A stretch of DNA of 64,000 nucleotides from Felis catus (GCF_018350175.1 NC_058368.1:130326001-130390000); one strand, 5' to 3'. Shown: positions 35,810 through 47,905, counted from the first letter of the stretch. A program made the numbers and translations. Notes: generated by a model from the sequence alone, not told the origin.

Positions 35810-36035
35810 TGTAACTCACACTTGAATTGTGCTTTACAGCCTATAAAGAGCTCTTCTATAAATCAGATCTCATTTCATGCTCCCAAACGATGTATGAAGA
35901 AGCTATTATTGTTCCTCTATTTCTTATGAAGAAATGAAGGCTAAAGTTTCTTGTTTATTTTTCTTAAGCTCACACAGCAAATGAGTGGCAGAGATAGATT
36001 ATATGACCTTGGCTAAAGCCTTTCTTTAGTATCCC
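35810..36035 (-). mobile_element. MIR fossil
   Basis: tgctttacag...atctcatttcatgctccc...ctattattgttcct...gaagaaatgaaggct...tcacacagcaaatgagtggcagag. Confidence 0.75.
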
Positions 36036-36807
36036 TGCTGTCATGGTGATTACATTGGAGACAATGGTGATGAGTATTTTTTATTCAATTTTTTACATCA
36101 CAAGGATTCTCATTTCAGGCTAAGAAACTGAGGCATCTGATGTTCTGCATTATAGTTCTAAGATGAAAAGCTTACATTCTTTATTCCTTTTCAGTTTTCT
36201 TGGCTAAGATGGGCATTATTTGATGCTATATGTTATTTGTCAAATTATTTAAGTGAACACATGGAGAAAACTCTGAGTTTAAAATGACTCTGGTAATCTC
36301 TTTCTTGTTTCTCTCCCAGGAATGATTTCCTCTTTCACAGTTGGTTGGCCTGCTTGTTACTGTAATAATCGCTTTGTGGAAAGCTGTTTGTTTTTTTTTT
36401 TTTTTGGTTGATTCTTTACTATAATGGAAAAGTTCTATTTTCAGAGGCACTAATTTAATTCAGTGTCAGATTACCACAGCCCCAAAGAGCCAATTCAGTA
36501 ATAGATATAACTACTACTGTCAGCTGGGTGATGCCATCAAGGAAAATAAAATTTTGGTAAATAAAAAGAAAGATTAAACAATTATAGAAACAGAAGAATG
36601 GGATTTTGTTCTCTAAAGACAATAATATAAACTGAGAAAGAATCCTATTTGGCTTCTTCAGGAAGAAATTCACGCCCTTGTCACGATGGGTTGTCAAGAG
36701 AGGATATCTGTTTCTGGACACATGTATAAATCATGAAAGTGCAGCTCCCCAGGGAGAGGTAAAATTTTAAGCCTTAGCAGGATTTTAAGCCAAATATACA
36801 TAAATTC

Positions 36808-36934
36808 AGGGGTGCCTGGGTGAATCAGTCAGTTAAGCATCCTACTTCGGCTCAGGTCGTGATCTCACGGCTCATGAGTTCAAGCCCTGAGTCGGGCTCT
36901 GTGCTGACAGCTTACAGCCTGGAGCCTACTCTGG

Positions 36935-36988
<54 letters not shown>

Positions 36989-37045
36989 TGTCCCTCCCCT
37001 GCTCATGCACTGTCTCTCTCTCTCAAAAATAAATATTAAAAAATA
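36808..37045 (+). mobile_element. SINEC with internal (TG)n expansion
   Basis: Perfect 18-bp TSD caaatatacataaattca at 36791-36808 and 37052-37069; about (TG)24 at 36939-36987. Confidence 0.96.
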
Positions 37046-37243
37046 TACTTACAAATATACATAAATTCACCAGTTACATTTATAGGAAAAGGCTTTAACT
37101 GGGTTAGAATTATTGGGGAAAGCAGGACCCAGGACTCTGGACTGTTAAAGATGTAGGTACATTCCGAAGGTGATAACCAGGATTGCAGTGAGGGGCCTCA
37201 TTCCTCATCTTTCTGAAGACAGTCCAACAATACTCCTGCTCAA

Positions 37244-37456
37244 CTTTTTAAATTTTTTTTTAATTTATTTTTGAGACAGAGACAGAGCATGAGCAGGGGA
37301 GGGGCAGAGAGAGAGGCAGACACAGAATCGGAAGTAGGCTCCAGGCTCTGAGCTGTCAGCACAGAGCCTAACGTGGGGCTCGAACTCACAGACTGTGACA
37401 TCATGACCTGAGCTGAAGTTGGATGCCCAACCGACTGAGCCACTCAGGTGTCCCCC
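37244..37456 (-). mobile_element. SINEC
   Basis: Full reverse-complement body. Confidence 0.95.
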
Positions 37457-40400
37457 TCCTCTCCATTTCTTATCTAACAAAGACAGACTTACTACCCTGC
37501 AAACAAATTGAGAGATAAAAAACATGTAACTTTTTATATTGCTTGGGTTCCTGATAAAACCACTGTGGTTGGCTAAGAATACTGAGCTAATAAGTCCACT
37601 AAATATTATTTGTTCATGCTGTGCTTCGTCTCCTGGAAGAATAGTGCCAGCTCATGCTAAACTGTGGAACAGATAAAATTAGTCTTGGGTTTTTCTTACT
37701 CCTGCTGGCTGCCTCTGGAATGTGCCCAGAACTTACTCACACTTGCCATTTCCTTGGTGGTTACACGCATCCTCTGTCTCCCCAAGACTTCACGCCAGGG
37801 CCCCTGCTGGGTCTGCTCCTGGCTGTGTCCATGTTCCAGTTAAGTCCTTTTTGCCTAACTCCCATTTAAACTTACATATTCTCTGTCTTGCACTCCCAGG
37901 ACCCTGTTTTCTATAATTAGGTAAGAATTTACCTAATTAGGTAAGAGTTTATCTGGTAACCTATCCTTTCCCAAACTGTACTGCTAATGTTCCTCCAGAT
38001 TTTAGTAGATACAGCTTAGGAGGATTAAAAAAAACCAATTTTTGGAAAAATAAATTTGGACAATCCTGTATACCATTCTATCATCTTAACAATTCACAAT
38101 GCTCATTAGATTGTAAAGTCTTTCAAAAATAAATTTTTGTGATGAATTCAATATGGAAACACTATTACAGCAGAATACAAACTAAGGTGCACATTTTTTT
38201 TATCCTTCCCACATGTCCTGTTTATTCTAATAGGAGTCTATAGATAAAAAATGCCTTCACCTTGAGGAATGACCCCGGTTATTGGCATTTCGGTGCTACC
38301 ACGGGTATGCTGGGTATTTGGCACAAGGATATGGGTGGTACAGTTCAAGTTATTTTCCATTACTTTTGGTTACTTTCTGCTCTGCTAAGCTAAGCCATCA
38401 TTTTGGGATAATTTGGACACTTCTCCATTTGGAAACAACTGAGATAAAATTTGACTAAGTTTAGGTCTCTTGTTTTTGCATTTTCTATATTCATTTGTGT
38501 CCAGATATTCTTTTGAGAAGTGAAATATACTTCTTTTCTCCTCAGTGCACTCAAATCAGGCCACTCAACATTTAAAAAGGGGATGAGATCAGAATCTTTT
38601 TTGTTGTTGTTATGGGCACGTTGGGTCAGGAGCAGAGCTCTCTGACAATAAGATCAGCTGGCTGAGCTGCAATCTACTTCCATTCAGTCCTCTGCTAATG
38701 AAACGTTTCTGCTTACCTGGGAACTGGGCTGGTTTGGAAATTCTATTTTGAAGTGCTTATATTAAGAAGATGCCTTCTGGAAAGCCTCAAAATGAGGTCA
38801 CAGACCTGAAGGAAATGTACGCTGCCTTAGGAATTTAGGCTGTCAAATGGAATCTGGAGAAAAACACGGTCAGTTTAGTTTTCCTCCTTCTCTCCCTACC
38901 TTCTCTGTGCCTGGAGCACAAGATCAATCTCTCTGTCTCTCTGTGTCTCTCCTAGTTTCTCTCACTCTCTGTGTCTCTGTCTCCATTTTTGTCTTTCTTC
39001 TTTGTGTTGCGTACTCTCCATCTTGATGCCATTTCTTTTTATCCCCATAATGTAAACATTTATTAGTTTTCTGGTTCTCATATTTTAAATCAGACCTTCT
39101 TTTCATCTTTGATTTATCGCACTTAAGGTATTTTTGATGGAGAATCTCCTATTTCCAGGAGTTCAGTGTATCACATGATGGAAATGGGTTTGACTGGAAG
39201 CTTCTCTCTGACTATACCCTTCCCTTTCCTTACTTTCTATTATGCGTGAGTAGAGATGAGAATATTTTTACTAAGCCATTCTATGAATCTAGCATAGTGA
39301 TGTCTTAGATACACGGCTCGCGAGTCCCACAGAAATAATTTGGGGAGTTCCAGTTTTATCAAACACTATTCAATCATACGTTGCAAGATTCTACTGTCAA
39401 CCATGGTAAATGCTAGAGTAGAAAAACCTGTTTTTGAAATTCCAAGCTCCTTAAGCATGTCACGTATGTGTACCTTTTAAAAATTACATGTTAATGAAGA
39501 TATACCACTGATAATTTACCTTAACTTTGTAATTAAAAAAATCACTTCTATTATTTATTTCCCTCTGAGAATTGATGTGATGACTGTTTCTTTTCTTCTC
39601 AGAATATTGAGAGTCGTGCTAAGCATGGTCCAGAATTTCTAAAATGTCAAATCACTATTTTAGTGGTTCTGACAAATTATTTTAGTTAAGAAACTAAAAG
39701 GCTTCATTTCGGAACAATAGGCAATTGTAATTCCTATAATCTGCCTCAGAAGATAGAATTCTTGGTTTATCCAGAGGAACTTTCTTTCTGATTCTGGGCA
39801 TAATGTTATTGTCGTTGTTGACTTACATTATTTCTCCTAATGACTTGGGTAGTCTTGACCAAGTTGTCGTCAAAGGGCTGGGAAGAAAAATAGCACAGAG
39901 AGTTCATCCACATGTTATAATCTAAAACAATCTACAAATACATCAGGAAGATGTACTCTATCATCTCCCAGGCCTAGGAATTTTTCCTATGCAGCAATAG
40001 TCAGTGGTAAAATAAGTTGAAGATTTATGAATATGCTTGTTTATTTATATTGACTGTGTTTATGCCATAGGGAAGGTCTTAAATCTGCTCTACCCCATCC
40101 TTGACCTCCCAGGTTCAGTAAAATCACCTTTATTTTTAACTGAAGACAACCAGAGTTCCCATCTTTAGTGGGCAGATTTCTTTGTGTATCACATATCTTT
40201 CCTTCCATAACATCTGTCAAGGCAGATAGAGGCATTGTGTTGTCCTGCCTCTATTTTCTGGTTATTTCTTTTTCTAGCCTTTTCTAATTATAATGTGCAT
40301 AGCATTAGGTGGGTGGCCCCTAAACTGGGGCACCTGAGAGCACTGTTTGTGGTATAATCTCAGTGGGATCTTCTACTCAATTTAGATGAACTGCTAATCT

Positions 40401-40629
40401 GTTCTTTCTACTCTAGTGGATGAAAGAATATAAACTGTCTTCTATCTCCTTCTGTTTTTCCCGCCATTATCTCCAAGAGTATCCAGTGAATTAATCATCT
40501 TAACCCATTCTGTTTTACTAATAAAGCCTAATGCTTTTCTCCCTTCTTCAGTTGGATAAATTCGCCTTCTAATAAGTATTACTCAATATACAATTGAAAA
40601 ACAATAATTATCAAGTGAAACACTTTTTA

Positions 40630-40850
40630 CATTTTGTAGTGTTGGGAGATATTAATAGATATTTTCACTGAAGAATTCTGTGACAATAAACATGTATGAA
40701 AAGTAATATGCAACGTATCCCTCTGTTGGAGATTCACCATATAAAGTATTATATTAAAGACTTCAGGAAGTCTTACAATACAGAAACCTGTTTAATTTTG
40801 TTTAATCTTACATTTATAAAACCTATTTGAGCTCATACCTATTTTTTTAC
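40630..40850. mobile_element. Ancient hAT-type DNA transposon fossil (related weaker copy at about 37965-38170)
   Basis: tatccctctgttggagattcac...atattaaagacttcaggaagtc...agaaacctgtttaattttgtttaa; family name uncertain. Confidence 0.5.
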
Positions 40851-40929
40851 TCTACCCTCTGTCCATACCACATGCAACAGCAGTGCATGAAACAAATAAA
40901 GAATTATTATTCTGTTTTCTATTATTAGA

Positions 40930-41675
40930 GGTAGTTTTGGAGTCAGACAGAATAGCTCTACCACCTACTTGCTTTGTTATTTGAATTGGTTAACATTTGT
41001 GTGCTTCAGTTTTCTCTTATGCAAAATGGGGATTATATTGCTAATTTCCTAGCATTGACATAAATACTATTCAAGAGAAACAGAAGCAATAGGATGTGTT
41101 GTGTGTGTGTGTGTGTGTGTGTGTGGGTGTGTGTGTGTGTTTGTGTATGTTTGTATACATACACCTATATAGAGTGAGGGCTAGAAATTGCTTGATTTAT
41201 TTTAAGGAATTGGCTCATGCAGTTATGAAGGCTGAGAATTCCCAACTGCAGTCAGCAAGCAGGAGACCCAAGAGAATCAATGTGTAGTTCCAATCCAAAA
41301 ATTGACAGGCTTAAGACTCAAGAAGAACTGATGTTTCAGTTTGAGACTCAAGGCTAGAAAAGAGTACTGTTCCAGGTCAAAGAAGTCAGTAAGAAGTTTC
41401 CTCTTACTCAAACATTTTTCCATTTGGGTCTTTAATTGATTGGACAAGGTTCACTCACATTAGGGAAGGTAATCTCTCTTACTCATCTACCAATTCAAAT
41501 GCTAATCTTATGCAAAAACACTCTCATAGATATTCATAGAATTAAGTTTGGCCAAATGTATGGGTGTCCCATGGCCCAGTTAAGTTGACACATAAAAATA
41601 ATCATCACGAGGACCCAAATGAGAAAATGTGGGTAATTGCTTTGCACAATGCCTGAAAAACAGTTGAGCATGGGA
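40930..41675 (+). mobile_element. MIR split by an MLT2 LTR
   Basis: ttggagtcagacag...cttcagttttctcttatgcaaaatgggga [LTR] gaggacccaaatgagaaaatgt. Confidence 0.65.
41062..41609 (-). mobile_element. MLT2 solo LTR
   Basis: agagaaacagaagcaatagga, (GT)n, ttattttaaggaattggctcatg...ggcccagttaagttgacacataaaa. Confidence 0.9.
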
Positions 41676-41859
41676 TGTTGGACACTATAGTCATGATCTT
41701 TATCACCGTTATCATTGTCATTATCTTAAAGACAACTGAGTTCCTATTCTCAGAATCTTTCCACTTCAAAAAAGAAACCCTTCACTAATGAGGGACAAAA
41801 ACTAGCAGATACTCTCTTCCTTTGTCTCTTGACAAAGTTATGAAGCTCATTTCACAAAA

Positions 41860-42047
41860 CTCTTTAGAGGGTCTCCAATGCGATGGCTTTCCAATTGTCC
41901 ATAGTAGTGACTAGCTTAAAAAGTCAGGTTTGTATTGACTTTTCCTCCTTCCTAATTCCCAGTCCTAACTCCTATTCCTAAAATAAACTCTCTGCTCACA
42001 AGCTCTAGGCTCAAGCTCTTCCACCTTTTGGAACCCAAACTAATATA
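41860..42047 (+). mobile_element. LTR16-like ERVL LTR 3' end
   Basis: aaataaactctctgctcacaagc...ggaacccaaactaa. Confidence 0.5.
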
Positions 42048-42231
42048 AGTAGCAAAATTTCAAGAGAATTAATAAGCAGTCTTTTCTCCTAGTTATAGTC
42101 ACTGCCATAAGAATGCAGATAATTTTATAGTACAACATGCTAAATGATTTCAGAGTACAAGAAAGTCAGTTTTTTACTTACAAATTTTTTTAAGAAATCA
42201 TTTTTCAAGTAGCATTCATCCTATGTTATAC

Positions 42232-42414
42232 TTTTCTCTTTTTTTTCTCCTTCCTTCCTTTCTTTTTCTTTCCTTTCTTCCTTCCTCTTTACTTTTTCTT
42301 TCTTTCTTTCTTTCTTTCTTTCTTGCTTTCTTGCTTTCTTGCTTTCTTGCTTTCTTGCTTTCTTGCTTTCTTGCTTTCTTGCTTTCTTTCTTTCCTTCTA
42401 CCTTTCTACTTTTC
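42232..42414. repeat. (TTTC)n with an embedded (CTTGCTTT)8 octamer array
   Basis: Eight perfect 8-mers at 42322-42385. Confidence 0.96.
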
Positions 42415-43623
42415 TACCAAGAAAAGTCATGGCAGTCTATAAAAGTCCTTCAAGAGTAGAGGAGAAAAAGTTTGTGGACATGAAACCCAGGTTATTCACA
42501 AGTGGTTACAGCAGACCTCTTTGTAAAAATGAGAAGTTGCACTTACAGATTTTGTATGAACCTGTGGTTTTTCAAATTAATAAAAGCTCTGTCTTTGTAG
42601 ACTGATCTTTGAATAATTGTGGACAGAGTAAGACAAATTTTTACAGTGTATGTATTAGTTCTGATCTATGGCAGAGACCAATCCAGCATGGACTGATACA
42701 TGTAGAAGCCACCAAACATGTAGGCTTTTACCAATGTTCTTATGAGGGGATATTGGCAACAGAGGACATTAGACTTGCCTACATGTTATTCTTTGCTATG
42801 TGCATAGCACTGCTTCCCTGGAATGTTAAGTGGCCCCTTTCCATATAATGGCTGGCCACAATTTACTCCTGCTGGGCTCTGCCACATAGTAGCTAGCAGT
42901 GAAGGAGGAAAAAAAAAAACACTGCACAGAACTATTCTATACAGTTTTTTTTTTTTTTGGTGGAGTTCTGGTAGATAAGTAAAAGCAGTATAGTTTTTTC
43001 CATAGGAGACAAATGGTCTGTTAAAAAATAGCTGGAAATAGCTGGTCTGGGAGAGTTGGGTCAAGAGGTGGAGCAAAACAGAATTCAGAAGGTATAATTT
43101 TTCTCTTTGGATTCAGGTTTCTTAAACTGCTTACTGGTATCTAAGAAGGACATAAAAGAGAAAGGGGAAATAGGGAGGGGATGAAAAATGGAAAAGGGAA
43201 TTTTTAAAAAGAAAAGTGGAAGTGGAGAAAAATTGAAATTCATTTAATGACAATAGTAATGGCACTTTGTCTTTTTCTTAATCCTCCTCTGCTGTCTTCC
43301 TCTCTTGTTTTACTTCATTGCTGCTTTTTCATTGCTAAGTACTGTTTTCTCATCTCTTTAAGACTAGAACTGAGTTAGGTTGTCCTGAATCTTGGGGAAA
43401 ACCCTCAGCTACTCAATGCCACAGTGTTGCATATGAATGTGCTTTCTAAACAGGATGGGATCTTCCATATGATTTCAAGACAGTTTCTTTTCTTTCAAAA
43501 TCCTTTGTGACTGACGATTCCATTACATGACTAATATGCACTGATGTAGAAAATATAGGTAAGAAAAAAATGATCTGTGATAATGATAATGATAAACTTT
43601 TTCAAAATTTTATTATTTACTTT

Positions 43624-43821
43624 TTTTTTAATGTTTATTTATTTTTGAGAGAGGCACAGAACACGAGCAGGGGAGAGTGAGAGGGAGAAGGAGACACAGA
43701 ATTGGAAGCAGGCTCTGAGCTGTCAGCACAGAGCCCAGTGCAGGGCTTGAACCTATGAACTGGGAGATCAGGACCTGAGCCAAAGTCAGATGACCAAACG
43801 GCTGAGCCACCCAGGTGCCCC
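43624..43821 (-). mobile_element. SINEC
   Basis: Perfect 19-bp TSD aaattttattatttacttt at 43605-43623 and 43822-43840. Confidence 0.96.
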
Positions 43822-43894
43822 AAATTTTATTATTTACTTTCTTGGCTGAAGGATACTATATGGGGGTATGGGTGTGAAGGTGATTCACACACTA

Positions 43895-44273
43895 CCTATC
43901 TCCAAGTTATTTGGAGTAATTTTTAAAAATGCAGCTTCTTGGGTCCTCCCTAGACCACAGTGAATAAGGATTCTTAGAGTATAAGTTTTGGGGGTATATA
44001 TTTAAATTTTTTTTTAACATTTATTCATTTTTGAGAGACAGAGACAATGTGAGTAGGGGAGGGGCAGAGAGAAGGAGACACAGAATCGAAAGCAGGCTCC
44101 AGGCTCAGGGCTGTCAGCACAGAGCCAGACGCCAGGAACCTACAAACCGCAAGATCATGACCTGAGCTGAAGTTGGGTGGTTAACCGACTGAGCCACCCA
44201 GGAGCTCCTGGGGTTATATATTTTTAATAAGTAAAGCCAGAATGATATGCACCAAAGTTTGAGAACATCTGGT
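43895..44273. mobile_element. MER5-like MITE split by a SINEC
   Basis: ttaaaaatgcagcttcttgggtcc...agacc...tgaataagga [SINE] tttaataag...tgatatgcaccaaagtttgagaac. Confidence 0.65.
44004..44208 (-). mobile_element. SINEC
   Basis: TSD tgggg(g/t)tatatattt at 43989-44003 and 44209-44223. Confidence 0.95.
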
Positions 44274-44311
44274 TCAGGCTTTTCTGGGGGAGGGTGGGGT
44301 GCTACAAATCA

Positions 44312-44568
44312 GTTTTATTTTTTTATTTTTATTTTTTAAATGTTTATTTATTTTGAGACAGACACAGAGCACGAGCACGAGCAGGGAAAGGGCAGAGAAC
44401 AGAGACAGAGAGAGAATGAATGAATGAATGAATGAATGAATGAATGAAAATCTTAAGCAGGCTCCTTGCTGAGCATGGACACAGGGCTTGATCCCAGGAA
44501 CCGTGAGACCATGAACTGATCTGACATCAAAAATCATACACTTAACTGACTGAGCTACCCAGGAACCC
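44312..44568 (-). mobile_element. SINEC with internal (GAAT)8
   Basis: Reverse-complement SINEC with a GAAT array at 44414-44445. Confidence 0.92.
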
Positions 44569-45555
44569 TACTACAGGAACTCCCTGTTTTGAATATTCAT
44601 TATGGACAATCCTTCCTTGTATTACTTGAGGGAAACAAAGTTCCACAGAGCACAGAAGTATTAGATATATTAAGTCATGATCCTTCCTTCTGGGGTATTA
44701 TTTAAGCTACATACATGGCCACTATAAGGGACAACTTCCACCTACCGAGTGCTCTGTAGGGAGAACATTTCACCCAGCCCTCCCCGGGTCTTAAATGACT
44801 TCCCCAGCACAAACATCAGAGCAGGGCAAGGGCCATCATCAAGCCATGATCTTGGTGCCTGACTCTGGGCTCTCCCCACTCTTCCCAGTTAAACGTCATT
44901 CTTTTCCTGTCTATGAGGTTGTTTTACTGATTGGAGAAGTAGTCTACTGATCATAAATGTCCAGGGAAAGAAGAAACAGTAACTCATCAAGGAACACAAT
45001 TTCTTCCGTTTCTTTACAGAGAACACATTTCTGCTCCTTTGCTTTCAAACTTGTTGGGACAAAGGAAATGTCTTTTGGTCACATCCATAACATGCATTTT
45101 GTAGAAATAGGTTGAAAAGCATTGTATTTTTTTCAAGTATATTTGAGTATAATCTATATTACCATGGTATTCTGATCTGGGGATGGGTAAAGTGGCTTTT
45201 GTTGTAATTGTTCTTGTTATATTAATCATACTTCAAATACGGCTCTTTCCCCACTCCTCTAAATAAGTGTGAGTCCTGAGAAACCATCTCCCCTAAGTAA
45301 TATGTTAAGTATTTTTAGAGTGAGTGCTCTATGATAAATGCATCCTCACTCCCATCATATAACAATCTCTTTTTTGTTGGTACTTAATCTGTTGCCTGTG
45401 TACCAATATTATATGAATGTATGTTTTAATAATTGGAAGTTATCTCCAAGACTGCCATTAATAAGTGTTTAGCTGTTGGGAATTTGAAGAAAAAAAAACA
45501 GAGACATGAAAACTTAGAATTTCTGCTTAAGAATTACCATTTTATAAAAGTTTAG

Positions 45556-45776
45556 TTTTTTTTTTAAGTTTCTTAATTTTTGAGACAGAGAGAGAGAAAG
45601 AGAGCAAGCAAGCACAAGCAAGGGAGGGGCAGAGAGAGAGGGAGATAGAGAATCCCAAGCAGACTTTGCACTGTCAGCACAGAGCACTTGACGTGGGGCT
45701 CCATTTCATGAACTGTTACCTGAATCAAAATCAAGAGTCCAATGCTTACCTGACTGAGCCACCCAGACACGCCCCC
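45556..45776 (-). mobile_element. SINEC (older type)
   Basis: agaatcccaagcagactttgcactgtcagc...ctgagccacccagacacgcccc. Confidence 0.93.
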
Positions 45777-46414
45777 GCTTTTTTTTTTAAAGATTACTTT
45801 TATGCAAGAAACAGACTTCTGAGTGGTCTACAATTTTTAACTTTTTTTTAAAGTAAAACGTGGATAAAGACAGTTTAGCAATAGTAAGCAAAATCTGGTT
45901 AATTAACTTCTAAGCATAAAGGTGGAATTCATGAATTTGAGAGTTTCCCTTATAGGCAAAGCAGCAGGAATAATTTAGATTGCATGAGGTAAGTAATTGC
46001 ACTTTATTATCTAATAAATGAAAATTAATCCTGAAGCATATAATTTGCATAATGATATTTGTCTTAAATAATAAGCAGTTGAAAGATTAGCGATTTGTGG
46101 AAAGTCCATGCAAAATGATCAGTACCCTCATTATTATATCCTGAACCTGGACCTTACCTTTTTAGGAGCTCCTCTTCTGGTATTTTGAAGTGATTTTGAA
46201 ATGGATTTTTCTCCTTCTTCTCAATGGATTTATGTCTTGTAATGTTGCCTTTCAGACAATTGAGAAATAAAATAAAAACATGCAAGCATTTGGAAGACAG
46301 GCTTAGTTGCTCAAGGTTATTCAGAGGCAGGAGGAAAGAACAGTTTCAGAAGACTAGAGAATTTCTTTTTTAATAGAACATAGTTCCCTAAAGAATGATA
46401 ATATTAAAAATTTT

Positions 46415-46830
46415 TGTATTATGTTAAGTCGCTATTACCATAATAATGCAGTATAGTTATCAACCACAAAAATATCTCTGGCATACAGTAATAACGTTAT
46501 ATTTCTTCCTTTTGCATCTGCAGATTCCTAAGGCTCAGATGATCTAAGCTAGGCATGCCTGAGCTCCACTTGTTGCTCATTCTTCTGGAATCATTGGGTG
46601 ACTCTAGGCATGTTCTTTCCTTGGCAGTAGCAGGGACACAGGGGGCAAGCCCAGCTCAGCAGATTCTAAGGCTTTGCCTATGACAAATCCACTAAAAGTT
46701 TCATGGGCCAATGAAAATCACATAGCTAAGCCCTACCTCAATATGGGTAGGAATATGTAATTTTTCTGTAGAATTCGTGTGTGTGTATGTATGAGTCTAT
46801 TTACTGAACAATAATATGGTCTTCTACACT
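46415..46830 (-). mobile_element. MLT1 (I/J-like) LTR fossil
   Basis: ctattaccataataatgc...aaccacaaaaatatctctggcatacag...ggcatgttctt...aatcacatagctaagccc...ttctaca. Confidence 0.7.
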
Positions 46831-47289
46831 TTTATTATCAATACTTAGCTAAACCTCTTCTAATTTTAACTTCATTGTACTCTGTGGAACTATTGAAGAG
46901 AACAGTCAGTCTCTAGCCAAACTGAAAATTACAAAGTTCTTGTGTTCTTTGAGACCATTGGCTACTATGGGTGATGTTTAAGGAGTTCTGAAAGACAAAC
47001 AGTAAATTTTTAATGGAGTAATAGTTGCAGTTGTAGTAGTTGTACAGAATACAGTCTTTGGATTTATCCCCATGAATGAATAATGGAAAAATTCTCATGA
47101 ATTTAGGCTACTGAGTAAAATTTCCACAGGTGGTGGATAATGGCTAAGCCTCTGACTCAGTTCTCAAATCTTCCCCAGGGAATGCAATACATATTTCAGA
47201 AACTACTTGAGAAATCAACACTCAACTGAAATGCCTTCTTTCTAAATATAGCTATGTGGGGATTATCACTAAATGTGGGTCGGGTTTTT

Positions 47290-47905
47290 GTGGAGAGTGC
47301 ACCGAAATTATTTCATGTGGGTTCAAATCCTGATCTTGCTACTGGCTAGCAAATTGCCTCATTTTCTGAGTCTCAGCTTCCCAATTTATAAAATACAACC
47401 CTTAATGCCTATCTAATAGAATGTGATAAAAATAAAATGAGATGACGTGACTGTGGAGACTGTACCTCATTGTAAGTTACAGTATGAGCTCTGGGGTGTG
47501 TCTGCTGGCATTGAATTCCTGTCTTTACCACCTACTCAATGGCTGATAGTACAGTCGTCTCTCTGCATTAGTTTTCTAGAGCTGCCACAGAAAGTTATCA
47601 TAAACTGGATGGATTAAAGGCAATACACAATTATTCTTTCATTGTTCTGGAGGCTATAAGTCTGAAATGAAGATGTCACCAGTTGGTTCCACCTGGGGCT
47701 TCCAAGGGAGTATCTGATCCATACCTCTCTTAGCTTCTGAAGTTGCCAGCAGTCCTGGGTTTCCTTGGCCTGTGGCTGCATAATTCCAGTCTGCCTCTCC
47801 ATTTTTACATGGTGTTCCTTCGTGTGTTCTGTGTGTTTTGGGGTTGTTGTGAGAATTACATGCAACAATCCACAAAAATTGCTTAGCCTAGGAAATGGCA
47901 TTTTG
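47290..47905 (+). mobile_element. MIR fragments flanking an MLT1
   Basis: tgggttcaaatcctga...tctgagtctcagcttcc and ggggttgttgtgagaatta. Confidence 0.65.
47564..47838 (-). mobile_element. MLT1 (C-like) LTR, partial
   Basis: tgcattagttttctagagctgcc...ttctggaggctataagtctgaaat...ttccttggcctgtggctgcataattccagtctgcctc. Confidence 0.85.
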
